This document shows, piece after piece, positions 55,472 through 64,000 of a DNA stretch of 64,000 bases. The DNA comes from Candidatus Eiseniibacteriota bacterium (lineage in GTDB: Bacteria; Patescibacteriota; Microgenomatia; Levybacterales; UBA12049), in contig DASQJJ010000006.1 in NCBI GenBank assembly GCA_035631115.1, forward strand, positions 11,551 to 75,550, written 5' to 3'. Made by a program: the position numbers and the translations under genes. The notes beneath the pieces are model-generated. The model searched no databases and was not told the DNA's origin. It saw nothing but the letters and a program-made list of their open reading frames with translations. The first letter of the stretch is position 1. Each line of letters begins with the position of its first letter.

Positions 55472-57406
55472 ATGAATTTATCTATATTACCGACAAATCG
55501 TTGGTTTTTGCTTGCAATTATTCTTATTTCTGCAGGTGTTTTTCGCCTCTTTTACATACAGTATATAGAATTCAAATCAGATGAGGCATTAAATATTCTT
55601 CTTGCTACCCGTCCGCTTTTTCACCACCCATTTGCACCTGCATCATTGGCCTCTAGCGCAGGTATTCTCAACTTTCCCCTTCTTAATTACCTTCTCTTTC
55701 CCATTGTTATTTTTTCAACCTATCCCCCAACAATTTCTTTTGTTATTGCAGTGATTAACGTTGCAGCAATTGGAGGCTATTTCTTACTTTTTTCAAAATA
55801 TCATGGGAAATTGATTGCATTCCTTGCGTCTACAATGATAGCCCTTTCTCCATGGGCAATTCTTTATTCAAGAAAAATTTGGGCTCAAGATTTTTTACTA
55901 CCAATGAGTTTTCCCTTCTTTTTTAGTGTGTACAAAATTTTAGAAGGAAAAAAGCGATATTGGCTATTATTTGGCATAAGCAGTCTTCTGTTGTTGCAAA
56001 TTCATCAGCTTGCTGTCCTACTACCTGCAAGTGTTTTTGTAACACTGCTTATAAAAAGAAAACGTCCATTTTGGAGAATCTTAATTCTTGGCATCCTTAT
56101 TGGAATTATTCCAGCAATTCCCTACTTTCTTTACCAAGTAACAACATATTGTGCGTCATGTCAAAATAGCGTTAGTTTTTTTGCGAGATTTTCATTTCAT
56201 GACCTTGCAATTTTTTTACGTCCTTTGCAGATTCTTTCCATAGGAAATTTTCATACCGAGCTAGGTAATGATTTTGCAATTTTTGCATCTGAGTATCATA
56301 TGCCATACCTTATTAGTAAAATTACCTATCTCGCTTATATTCTCATCCCTATTGGGGCTTTTCTTTTTTGGAAAAAAGAAAAGCTATATGGATTTTTTGC
56401 CAGTATCTGCATAAGCATGCTATTTCTTTACTACATACTTGGCATAGAGCCCCTTATGCATTACTACATTTTTTTCATTCCTTTTCTAGCGCTCTTTTTA
56501 GTGTATCCTCTTTATTACCTTCTAAAGAATTTTCGTCTTCGTATAGTAGGCATCCTTGTCTGCCTTGCTTTTTTTACCGGACTTATTCTATTTGATTACA
56601 GCTTTTTTTCACTTCTTTCCAGAAGAGGAGGACTATCCGGAGAATATGGATCTGGATTTATTTCTGGCGAGCGAGAAAGAGAAAATCAGGTTGTCCAATA
56701 TAAAAATCTGGGAAACTATAATGAGATTCTTATTGCCAGCTATACATCAGGTGGTTGGCTAAAAGGATATATGCCTGTTGGAAAAATGCTTTTTCCGCAT
56801 AATGAATTAGAAAAAAATAGCATTTCCTTGGAAAAAAGCTTTGAAAAAGATCCTCAAAATCCCCTTCTTGACCTACAAGTTACCGCACTGCTTACGAATA
56901 ATTTACCGCCAACCTGGCAGGATGTCCTCAATCTCAGGACAAAAGCAGATGCAAAACCTGTATATGTGAATATATATAAAAGTGTTTTGGATGAGTATTT
57001 GTCTTCGTATTACAAAGGTCTCTATGAATCTCCACAACTTTTACTTTTATACCCTAAGCATTGGATAAAAACAGTTTCTAATAACACCACATTATTAGCA
57101 AGTGAAGAAACAATACTATCTATAGAATCATCAAAGCAACCTCCTATCCAACCTATTCTAGAGGGTACAACACAAGAAATAAGCACAATTTCCATTAAAA
57201 ATGAGCATATGACAAAAATTGATTATAGGGACATCACTGGAGTATGGTATGAAACGTTTTACGGACCTATCGATATTGGAGGACGATATTTTGCTTTTTA
57301 CCTAAAACCAACATCTCTAAAAACAGCAAATGAGGAGTCTCGAATTGCAGGAGACAAAATTACACAGGAAATACTTATATCAGCTACAAACCTTTCCCAA
57401 CAGTAA
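55472..57406 (+). CDS. GT-C fold glycosyltransferase with soluble C-terminal extension
   Basis: EFKSDEA, LSPWAILYSRKIW, HYY; hydrophilic C-terminal region. Confidence 0.78.
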   Translation: MNLSILPTNRWFLLAIILISAGVFRLFYIQYIEFKSDEALNILLATRPLFHHPFAPASLASSAGILNFPLLNYLLFPIVIFSTYPPTISFVIAVINVAAIGGYFLLFSKYHGKLIAFLASTMIALSPWAILYSRKIWAQDFLLPMSFPFFFSVYKILEGKKRYWLLFGISSLLLLQIHQLAVLLPASVFVTLLIKRKRPFWRILILGILIGIIPAIPYFLYQVTTYCASCQNSVSFFARFSFHDLAIFLRPLQILSIGNFHTELGNDFAIFASEYHMPYLISKITYLAYILIPIGAFLFWKKEKLYGFFASICISMLFLYYILGIEPLMHYYIFFIPFLALFLVYPLYYLLKNFRLRIVGILVCLAFFTGLILFDYSFFSLLSRRGGLSGEYGSGFISGERERENQVVQYKNLGNYNEILIASYTSGGWLKGYMPVGKMLFPHNELEKNSISLEKSFEKDPQNPLLDLQVTALLTNNLPPTWQDVLNLRTKADAKPVYVNIYKSVLDEYLSSYYKGLYESPQLLLLYPKHWIKTVSNNTTLLASEETILSIESSKQPPIQPILEGTTQEISTISIKNEHMTKIDYRDITGVWYETFYGPIDIGGRYFAFYLKPTSLKTANEESRIAGDKITQEILISATNLSQQ

Positions 57407-58658
57407 TTTTCTTTTCTTCATCTGGCCATAAATAGGCTGTGATAAATACAAGGGACAAATATCCAACATGACTATTGTTAAAATACCGAGCAAAATACCA
57501 AAAAACAAATAAGAAAAGACCATAACACACAATAAGCTTACTTACAGTGGGCTTCTTCCAAAAGTACCAACTGAGAAGAAGTAAAACAGGCAGTCCAATA
57601 CCCAATTGCCACAATTGGAATGGATAGTACATATGGACATCTTTAATAAATCCGAGCTGGTTAAGCACCATTCCAAATCCATACCCAGAGATAGGATAGC
57701 TATGCTCGACGTTTCCCGATAGATAATACACAGTGCTCGCGAGAAACGACTTTGAATCCCAAAGATAAAATGGAACAATGCATATTGCTGCAACCAGTAA
57801 AAAACTACTTATATTTTTGATAAATACCATACCCCTTTCCCACATAGTTTTCTTTTCCCTCAACGCATACTGAAAGATAAACAAAAAATATAACGGGACA
57901 AAAAGCCATGTTGACTGCTTTGTGGCAAAAGATAGAGCAATCGGAATTCCTGACCAAAATAATTTTTTCTTCTGGAGTAAGAAAAATCCTACAAAAAGAA
58001 AGGCGTAGGCGAATATGTCAGACCTTCCTTCTAGGGTATACCCCAACATGGCAGGATTAAAAGCAAGAAGTGTTATAAGAAGACGCTTATTTTCTCCTTC
58101 CTTTGGTACAAAATATGCTGTAACCAAAAGAATGCCAAAAAGTAACCAAAGCACTTCCCTGCTATCGAAATATCCCAATGTATGATTTGAAATAATGTAA
58201 AAAGGTAATGGAAATACCAGGTAAACTGGCTCCATAACAAAATGGTATAAAGCTGGATTTACTTCTGTATCCGAGTAATGCCATGCCTGCATTGGCGTAC
58301 CAAAATATGTTTCTTTATAAGGATTTTTGCCATGAATAAAATACCGTATTGCTGCCTCCTGCTGTAGGATTATGTCATGAACGCCATATACTGGAGCTGT
58401 CTGATGTCTTACCACCATACTTGAGTAAAATCCACTTCCCAAAACAACTACAACAACAAAAAAAAGAAGAGTTGTTTTGATAAAAGAATATGCCTTTTGC
58501 GAAATTGCTAAAAGGTCTGCAACAATATATCCAAGAAGCAGTAAGAAAATAATTCCGAAAAGTATGTATGGAGTATCTCCTGACGAAAGTCGATACTGCA
58601 TAACAAAAAATATTACCAAAGGGAAAAGAATAACAGAGGATAAGGCAATGCGATTCAT
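57384..58658 (-). CDS. GT-C-like (GT87-like) membrane protein
   Basis: VHDI, GKNPY, EGRSD, ATKQ; polytopic. Confidence 0.68.
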   Translation of the reverse strand: MNRIALSSVILFPLVIFFVMQYRLSSGDTPYILFGIIFLLLLGYIVADLLAISQKAYSFIKTTLLFFVVVVVLGSGFYSSMVVRHQTAPVYGVHDIILQQEAAIRYFIHGKNPYKETYFGTPMQAWHYSDTEVNPALYHFVMEPVYLVFPLPFYIISNHTLGYFDSREVLWLLFGILLVTAYFVPKEGENKRLLITLLAFNPAMLGYTLEGRSDIFAYAFLFVGFFLLQKKKLFWSGIPIALSFATKQSTWLFVPLYFLFIFQYALREKKTMWERGMVFIKNISSFLLVAAICIVPFYLWDSKSFLASTVYYLSGNVEHSYPISGYGFGMVLNQLGFIKDVHMYYPFQLWQLGIGLPVLLLLSWYFWKKPTVSKLIVCYGLFLFVFWYFARYFNNSHVGYLSLVFITAYLWPDEEKKITVGKGL

Positions 58659-61051
58659 ATATTTTTACTTCTCTTAGTAATCGTAAAACCTATAAATAGG
58701 AAAAGCAAGCTACCAATCCCGCATAAAACAAATCCTAGCGCAACGGACTCAGGCTGATAGACAAAAACAACAGTATGTTTTCCCTTTGGTACAGCAACAC
58801 TTCGAAAGGTATAGTCTGTTCTTATGAGTATTGTTGGCTTATTATCTACCATTGCTTTCCACCCTGGATAGTCATTATCTGAAAGAAAAAGAAGTGTATC
58901 TTTATTTGTTGTTACGTCTACAACAACTTTTTCAGGTGAGTATGTTGTAATTTTTGCCTTTCCCTCGATTGGAATAGAAGAAGGAGAAATTTTTGGATTT
59001 CGTACAACAACAACCTGTTTTCTCATATTTGTACTATCACTAAAAAGATAGGAAAATGTTTTTTGAGGGTCAGAAGAAATAATATAATTATCAACTAAAA
59101 ACGCTCTTGGAAATGCTGTCGTATTTTCATAGAGGGAATATATTCCATCTGTCCACACTTTTTGAAATTGTTTTTGTGTATCAAGCGCTATAAATGCTTC
59201 GTCTTCATCTAGATTTCTTGCAGCTATATACTTTACTCCCAATAGATTAAGTGCTTTTGTTAGGTATATATTTCTTTGTATTTCTGAAAGTTTGCCAACT
59301 GTGACAAATTGTGCATCTGCGCGAATTACATTAGGTGTATATGTACCTTTATTTTTGGTTGCCTCAACAAATTCTCCATATCGTTTTATGTAAAATGAAT
59401 CGTACCCTTCTGGGGATTGAAGCGAATAATTTGTAGCAAAATTTCTATCTATATATCCTTGTCCTATACTCCAAAATCTATTTACCCCAATTCGCTTAGA
59501 CAGCTCTGAAATAACTGGAGTGGAAGGATATACAAACCGTCTTTCAGAAAAGTATATATACTTTGTTGCAAAAAGAAAAATACTTACAACAAGAAGAACT
59601 ATATAACCAATACTTTGTATCTTTTTTACACTGACATTTTTTATGAATACAAGGGCTGCAAGCAAAATTACCCCTATAACAAAAACTGTTGGAATAAATA
59701 AGTTGTGATACGTAATTATCGAAAACTCTCCTAGTGGATTTGCTTTTTTTTGAAAAATAACAAAAATCCATCCTGCAGTAAGGCTAAGTATAAGAATAAG
59801 AGAAGAAAAAAATAAAGAAATCTTTGCCTTATTTTCCCTAAACAAATCCCAGCCAAATCCTGCCAAAACGGCAAGAGAAAAAGATGAAAGAATAAATATT
59901 CTCGATGGGAGTATTGTTGAAATGATTGGCAGATGCAAATTGTATAAAAGAAATCTGCTTGTTGGTAAAGACATTCCCAGAGAAAGTGTTATTATCCATG
60001 CAAGAGTAAAAAAAAGACTCACTGGAGATTTTCTCCAGTGCAGTAGCGCAACAAGACCAAAGAAAAGACCGACAACTCCTACAAAAAGCACTTGTTCGTA
60101 ATAGAATCCTTTCCCAAAATAATTATATGTTGCAGGATTTCCAAGAAAGTCAGGAACAATATAGGTAATAAGATGCCAAGGGGCAATAAGGTACGTGTCA
60201 AAAAGGAATTTGGCATCCGTTGTCCCCCTTGCTGAATATTTAAATGATTCTAGGTTAGGGAGAATGTGAGGTGCACTAAGAAGAAACGATATTCCAAATC
60301 CTACAATTACCCATAAAAAGGTTTTTATCTTCTTTGTTTGAAACAGAAGAAAAACAGCCCAAAGAAATGACAAAAGCAGTGCGTAGAGACTACTCTGAAA
60401 CCACCCTGAGAGAATAGAAAGCGTACATCCTCCAACAATACAACCAAACCATATAATTCTTTTCTCCTGGAAAAATCTCTGAATACCCAAAAGAATAAGA
60501 GGTAAGAAAAGGATTGAATACACGGCCATGAAAGACTCTTCTGTTAAAACAAGTAATGTTCCAGAAAATCCAAAGGTTACCGCTCCAATAACTGATGCCA
60601 GTACTGACAATTTTAGTGACCTTAAAAAATAATACGTAAAAATACATGCAAGTAACGGTCCTACGATAACAACCAAAGACCATGCATCAATAAAAGGCAG
60701 AAGAAGAAAAAGTAAGGTAAGTGGAAAAAATACCGCAGATTGATACGTTGCCAAATGGGTATTACCAGCAAAGTCATAGGGATTCCACATAGGTAACTGG
60801 AGTTGCTTTAATGAATCTATAGTTAGGTGACGCAGGGGATAGAAAATGCGAAGACTATCAAAGCCTATTGGCTTATTCGCTGGACCATTTGGATATTCAG
60901 GTAGTGGATACGACTTCCATGGTTGGTAAAATGACACGAGTAAATTTCCTGCAAAAGGGACTTTCCCGGTGGTAAAATACGGATAAAAAACGACACATGT
61001 TACAAAAATAAATAAAAGTATTGGAAATAGGTATATATATTTCTTAAACAT
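58655..61051 (-). CDS. YfhO-family GT-C membrane protein
   Basis: FYP, PMWNPY.FAG, PSR, GYD, LLGVKY, PRAFLV, DNDYPGW, VPKGKH; start reassigned to 61051. Confidence 0.82.
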   Translation of the reverse strand: MFKKYIYLFPILLFIFVTCVVFYPYFTTGKVPFAGNLLVSFYQPWKSYPLPEYPNGPANKPIGFDSLRIFYPLRHLTIDSLKQLQLPMWNPYDFAGNTHLATYQSAVFFPLTLLFLLLPFIDAWSLVVIVGPLLACIFTYYFLRSLKLSVLASVIGAVTFGFSGTLLVLTEESFMAVYSILFLPLILLGIQRFFQEKRIIWFGCIVGGCTLSILSGWFQSSLYALLLSFLWAVFLLFQTKKIKTFLWVIVGFGISFLLSAPHILPNLESFKYSARGTTDAKFLFDTYLIAPWHLITYIVPDFLGNPATYNYFGKGFYYEQVLFVGVVGLFFGLVALLHWRKSPVSLFFTLAWIITLSLGMSLPTSRFLLYNLHLPIISTILPSRIFILSSFSLAVLAGFGWDLFRENKAKISLFFSSLILILSLTAGWIFVIFQKKANPLGEFSIITYHNLFIPTVFVIGVILLAALVFIKNVSVKKIQSIGYIVLLVVSIFLFATKYIYFSERRFVYPSTPVISELSKRIGVNRFWSIGQGYIDRNFATNYSLQSPEGYDSFYIKRYGEFVEATKNKGTYTPNVIRADAQFVTVGKLSEIQRNIYLTKALNLLGVKYIAARNLDEDEAFIALDTQKQFQKVWTDGIYSLYENTTAFPRAFLVDNYIISSDPQKTFSYLFSDSTNMRKQVVVVRNPKISPSSIPIEGKAKITTYSPEKVVVDVTTNKDTLLFLSDNDYPGWKAMVDNKPTILIRTDYTFRSVAVPKGKHTVVFVYQPESVALGFVLCGIGSLLFLFIGFTITKRSKNI

Positions 61052-61053
61052 TT

Positions 61054-62562
61054 CTATATTCTTTCTTTCGCAAACCACTCCTGTGTTGCATGATACATTT
61101 CTTTTGAAGAGACTCCAAACCATAACTGTTTTGTAAATTCTTCTTTAGAAAGACTATCTAGTGTGTACAATGCAACACCATTAATATACATAACAGGCAA
61201 GGAAATTTCCTTCTGTGCTTTCTGGGACGCGGCAATACCAATTCGCATTCCATGCTCTTCATCAACAAGGCCATCCATGTCTGCCGTAAGACTTACCCCA
61301 GAGCTGAGCGTTGCGCTTTGATTATGATAGTCATAAAACGAAAATTTTTTATGTGGGTATTTTCTTGTCAAAGTCCGTACTACTTTTTGTCCAAATGCAT
61401 AGGTAGTATTGGTGCTAAAATTAATTTCTTCAAATACCTTTAAAACACTCCCTGTGATGAGTACGACAAGAATACATACCGTGATAATGGCATACTTTTT
61501 ATATACTTTTGTCAAAATGTATCCTACGAGGATAAATACCCAAGGATGCAGATACATAAGATAGCTCTCGTATAATGGTGTTCGGGAATACCTCATAAAA
61601 AATACGGCAATAACTAGTGCAAAAATAATTCCTCCTATTGTCTTACTTGATCTATCTTTTATGAGAAAAAATACTATTGAAGCAATAAGCAAAATTGCTG
61701 TACCATATCCTACAATTGTGTATCCTCCAATTATTCCTGCAAGGGATTTGGGCCAAAAAAGAAAAATGTATGTTTTCCAATTTCTTCCCAATACATCGAG
61801 AGACACGTTGTATTGGTCATGTAGATAATACTGCAGCATGTTGTGTGTATTAAAAAAATGATGTTGCACATCAAATGTTATTAGAGGAGTAAATGGAATA
61901 AGCAGTCCAACTGTCATGAAAAAAATATATTTAAAAGAAATTCTACCTACCATACCTATTCCAATCAGCAGTGGTATGAGAAGAACTCCTTCTAAGTGAG
62001 TATTAACTGCGATTCCCACACTTAGTCCTGTGAGAAAAAGATAGAAAGATTTTTTTGTCGCAAAAAATCTTTCAAGACAAAAAAGAGAAATCGCTGAGTA
62101 GACAGCTATGGGAGATTGATTTGTTAAGTTAACAGACTGTGAAATATTTGCAGCCGATGTTGCAACAAAAAGTCCAACAATAATTCCCATTGTTTTTCCT
62201 CCTATTTTTTGACCAATATATATAAGCAAATATACGCTCGCGCAATACATGAGAGTAATAAAAATCCATGGGGATAGTATCCACCATGGATTCCATACCA
62301 TCCCAAGGATAATAAGCCAGTACCACTCTGGACCCGTAACAAATGGTCCTGCAGAAGAGAATGGACCAAGGATAGGAAGTGTAAAGTGCAACAATGCATA
62401 TCGTGCAACAAGCGCATCATGAATTTGATCGTATGCAAAACCCCAACGCATGTCGTAATGATAAAAACGCAGGAAAATAGTGAAAAGAAGGATGAAGAGC
62501 GTCGCGATTGTATACCAATTTTTTCTAGAAAAGCGAAAAAGCTGTATTATTTTCTTATTCAT
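61054..62562 (-). CDS. GT-C fold membrane glycosyltransferase
   Basis: LRFY..FAYDQIHD, LGPFSS.G...GP; polytopic. Confidence 0.78.
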   Translation of the reverse strand: MNKKIIQLFRFSRKNWYTIATLFILLFTIFLRFYHYDMRWGFAYDQIHDALVARYALLHFTLPILGPFSSAGPFVTGPEWYWLIILGMVWNPWWILSPWIFITLMYCASVYLLIYIGQKIGGKTMGIIVGLFVATSAANISQSVNLTNQSPIAVYSAISLFCLERFFATKKSFYLFLTGLSVGIAVNTHLEGVLLIPLLIGIGMVGRISFKYIFFMTVGLLIPFTPLITFDVQHHFFNTHNMLQYYLHDQYNVSLDVLGRNWKTYIFLFWPKSLAGIIGGYTIVGYGTAILLIASIVFFLIKDRSSKTIGGIIFALVIAVFFMRYSRTPLYESYLMYLHPWVFILVGYILTKVYKKYAIITVCILVVLITGSVLKVFEEINFSTNTTYAFGQKVVRTLTRKYPHKKFSFYDYHNQSATLSSGVSLTADMDGLVDEEHGMRIGIAASQKAQKEISLPVMYINGVALYTLDSLSKEEFTKQLWFGVSSKEMYHATQEWFAKERI

Positions 62563-63268
62563 GAAATCGGTAGTAAAACAAAGCTTTCAATGCCTTAACT
62601 CCATCACGAATTGTATGAAGCTTTTTTCCTTCATCATAAGACCTTGGAGTTGTTGTTATTGGTACTTCTTGAATTATTAGTCCGTTTTTGATTAATTTTG
62701 CAGTAAGCTCTGGCTCCAGCTCAAACCCTTTTGCATCTAAGTGTAACTTTTTACCTATTTCTGTTGGGAATAATTTATAGCATGTTTCCATATCGGTAAT
62801 CCATTGTCCATACAAAGCGCTTGTTAATAAGCTTAACATTCTATTACCAACATAATGCAATAAAAATCTTCCTGTCCGTTCTTCTTTTTCTAGATGGGGC
62901 AACCTTTTTAATCTTGTTCCATACACTACGGATGTATTTCCTTTTATTAAAGATGCTAGTATTGCAATTTGCGTTGGATTATATTCTAAGTCTGCATCTT
63001 GAATTATGGAGTAATCACCTGTTGCATGAGAAATTGCAGTAACAATAGCAGCGCCTTTCCCTTTATTGTTTTTATGCTGATAGAAGAAAATATTCTTCTT
63101 TTTCTGGGCGATTTTTTTTAGAATATCTGCTGTTTTATCGCTTGATCCATCGTCAACAATAATTATTTCTTTTTCCATATTTGGAATTGACACATCGGTT
63201 ACTCTTTCAATAACTTGCTGCACTGTCTTTTCCTCATTAAATACGGGAATAAGTATAGATAATTTCAT
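62555..63268 (-). CDS. GT2, DPM1-like polyprenol-phosphate glycosyltransferase
   Basis: VDDGSSD, NKGKGAA, IQDADLEY, TDMETCYK, FELEPE, EGKK; start reassigned to 63268. Confidence 0.9.
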   Translation of the reverse strand: MKLSILIPVFNEEKTVQQVIERVTDVSIPNMEKEIIIVDDGSSDKTADILKKIAQKKKNIFFYQHKNNKGKGAAIVTAISHATGDYSIIQDADLEYNPTQIAILASLIKGNTSVVYGTRLKRLPHLEKEERTGRFLLHYVGNRMLSLLTSALYGQWITDMETCYKLFPTEIGKKLHLDAKGFELEPELTAKLIKNGLIIQEVPITTTPRSYDEGKKLHTIRDGVKALKALFYYRFHE

Positions 63269-63269
63269 C

Positions 63270-64000
63270 TTAAGAACTCCTCTTAATAACTTCCCTATCT
63301 GACTCAACTACCATTCTCTGAATTCTTTGTCTTTCTTGCAAGACTTTTCCCAAATGCCCTACTGCGAGAAAAAATCCATATATCATTCCCATATTCCCTT
63401 TGAATAATGCTTTTAAAAGAAAATAAGGAACAAAAATATAATGACTAAGAAGAATCATTTTATCAGTTGCGTTAAGCCACGTAAAGTAGAATTGATTTCT
63501 ATATGCTATTTTTGTAACGCTAAAAGGGGTGTAATTCTTCTTTATAGATCCTCTGTCGTGTTCGTGACGAACAACACTCTCTTTCTCAAATACAACAGTA
63601 TACCCTGCTTTTTGAGCCCTGTAAGAAAGATCTATATCTTCCCAATAAAATGGGTTATATAATTCATTTAGTCCTCCAATTTTGTCCCAGATTTCTTTTT
63701 TAAATGCACCGCTTCCACATGATACCCAAAGGGTTGTTTTTTTATCTAATTCTCCTGGACCATGAATAAGAAATCCTTTGCGCCATTTTCCAACACCTCT
63801 TCCGCGTAATACAACTTTTTCATTTTCTATACTTTCATCCATACAGCCAACGGCAAAAACCTTTTTGTCGGAAAAATGCTGAAGAAGGGGGAAAAGAAAG
63901 TCTTTACGTGGGACAACATCTGTATTAAGAAGAATAAGTATATCTCCACTTGCTTTCGCAACACCCTTATTGACATTTCCCGAAAACCCCTTATTCTTCC
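63270..64000 (-). CDS. GT2 glycosyltransferase (5-prime partial, runs off the window)
   Basis: Frame stays open to the window edge: NKGFSGNVNKG..LLNTDV; FYWEDIDL. Confidence 0.88.
   Translation of the reverse strand, partial: KNKGFSGNVNKGVAKASGDILILLNTDVVPRKDFLFPLLQHFSDKKVFAVGCMDESIENEKVVLRGRGVGKWRKGFLIHGPGELDKKTTLWVSCGSGAFKKEIWDKIGGLNELYNPFYWEDIDLSYRAQKAGYTVVFEKESVVRHEHDRGSIKKNYTPFSVTKIAYRNQFYFTWLNATDKMILLSHYIFVPYFLLKALFKGNMGMIYGFFLAVGHLGKVLQERQRIQRMVVESDREVIKRSS

Noticed and set aside
29496-63307. Long gene overlaps implied by the ORF track (e.g. 31875-31922, 48854-49064, 61054-61123)
   Set aside because: Artefacts of taking the most upstream start; downstream ATGs give normal domain starts.
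112-63662. Numerous 60-160 aa ORFs antisense to or nested in the long genes
   Set aside because: Shadow ORFs with no recognisable motifs, fully overlapping well-supported CDSs.

Overview
An AT-rich, very gene-dense 64 kb bacterial segment (code 11, mostly minus strand, many ATGA/short overlaps, few Shine-Dalgarno motifs). Almost all of it is one cell-surface glycosylation super-cluster ending at recO. Gene style suggests a Patescibacteria/CPR (Microgenomates-like) genome; this is inference. By motif reading it encodes a priming phosphoglycosyl transferase, ManC, GalE and three other NDP-sugar SDRs, a cupin, 8 complete GT4s plus a stand-alone GT4 N-domain, 11 GT2s (four polyprenol-phosphate-sugar-synthase-like), a Wzx-like flippase, a Wzy_C ligase/OTase fused to a GT-C domain, about 15 GT-C-like membrane proteins, two SAM methyltransferases, an O-acyltransferase and a DUF4012 protein. 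Most notable: (1) an uncharacterised sugar cassette of split transketolase, SDR, motif-deviant sulfotransferase-fold protein, APH-like kinase and a DxD-less GT2; (2) short heptamer arrays and palindromes sitting in-frame inside glycosyltransferase genes, including a perfect (TTTCAAA)4 tract just after a start codon; (3) the large GT-C battery. No rRNA, tRNA, CRISPR, transposase or integrase was seen. All family calls are by eye and were not searched against databases.
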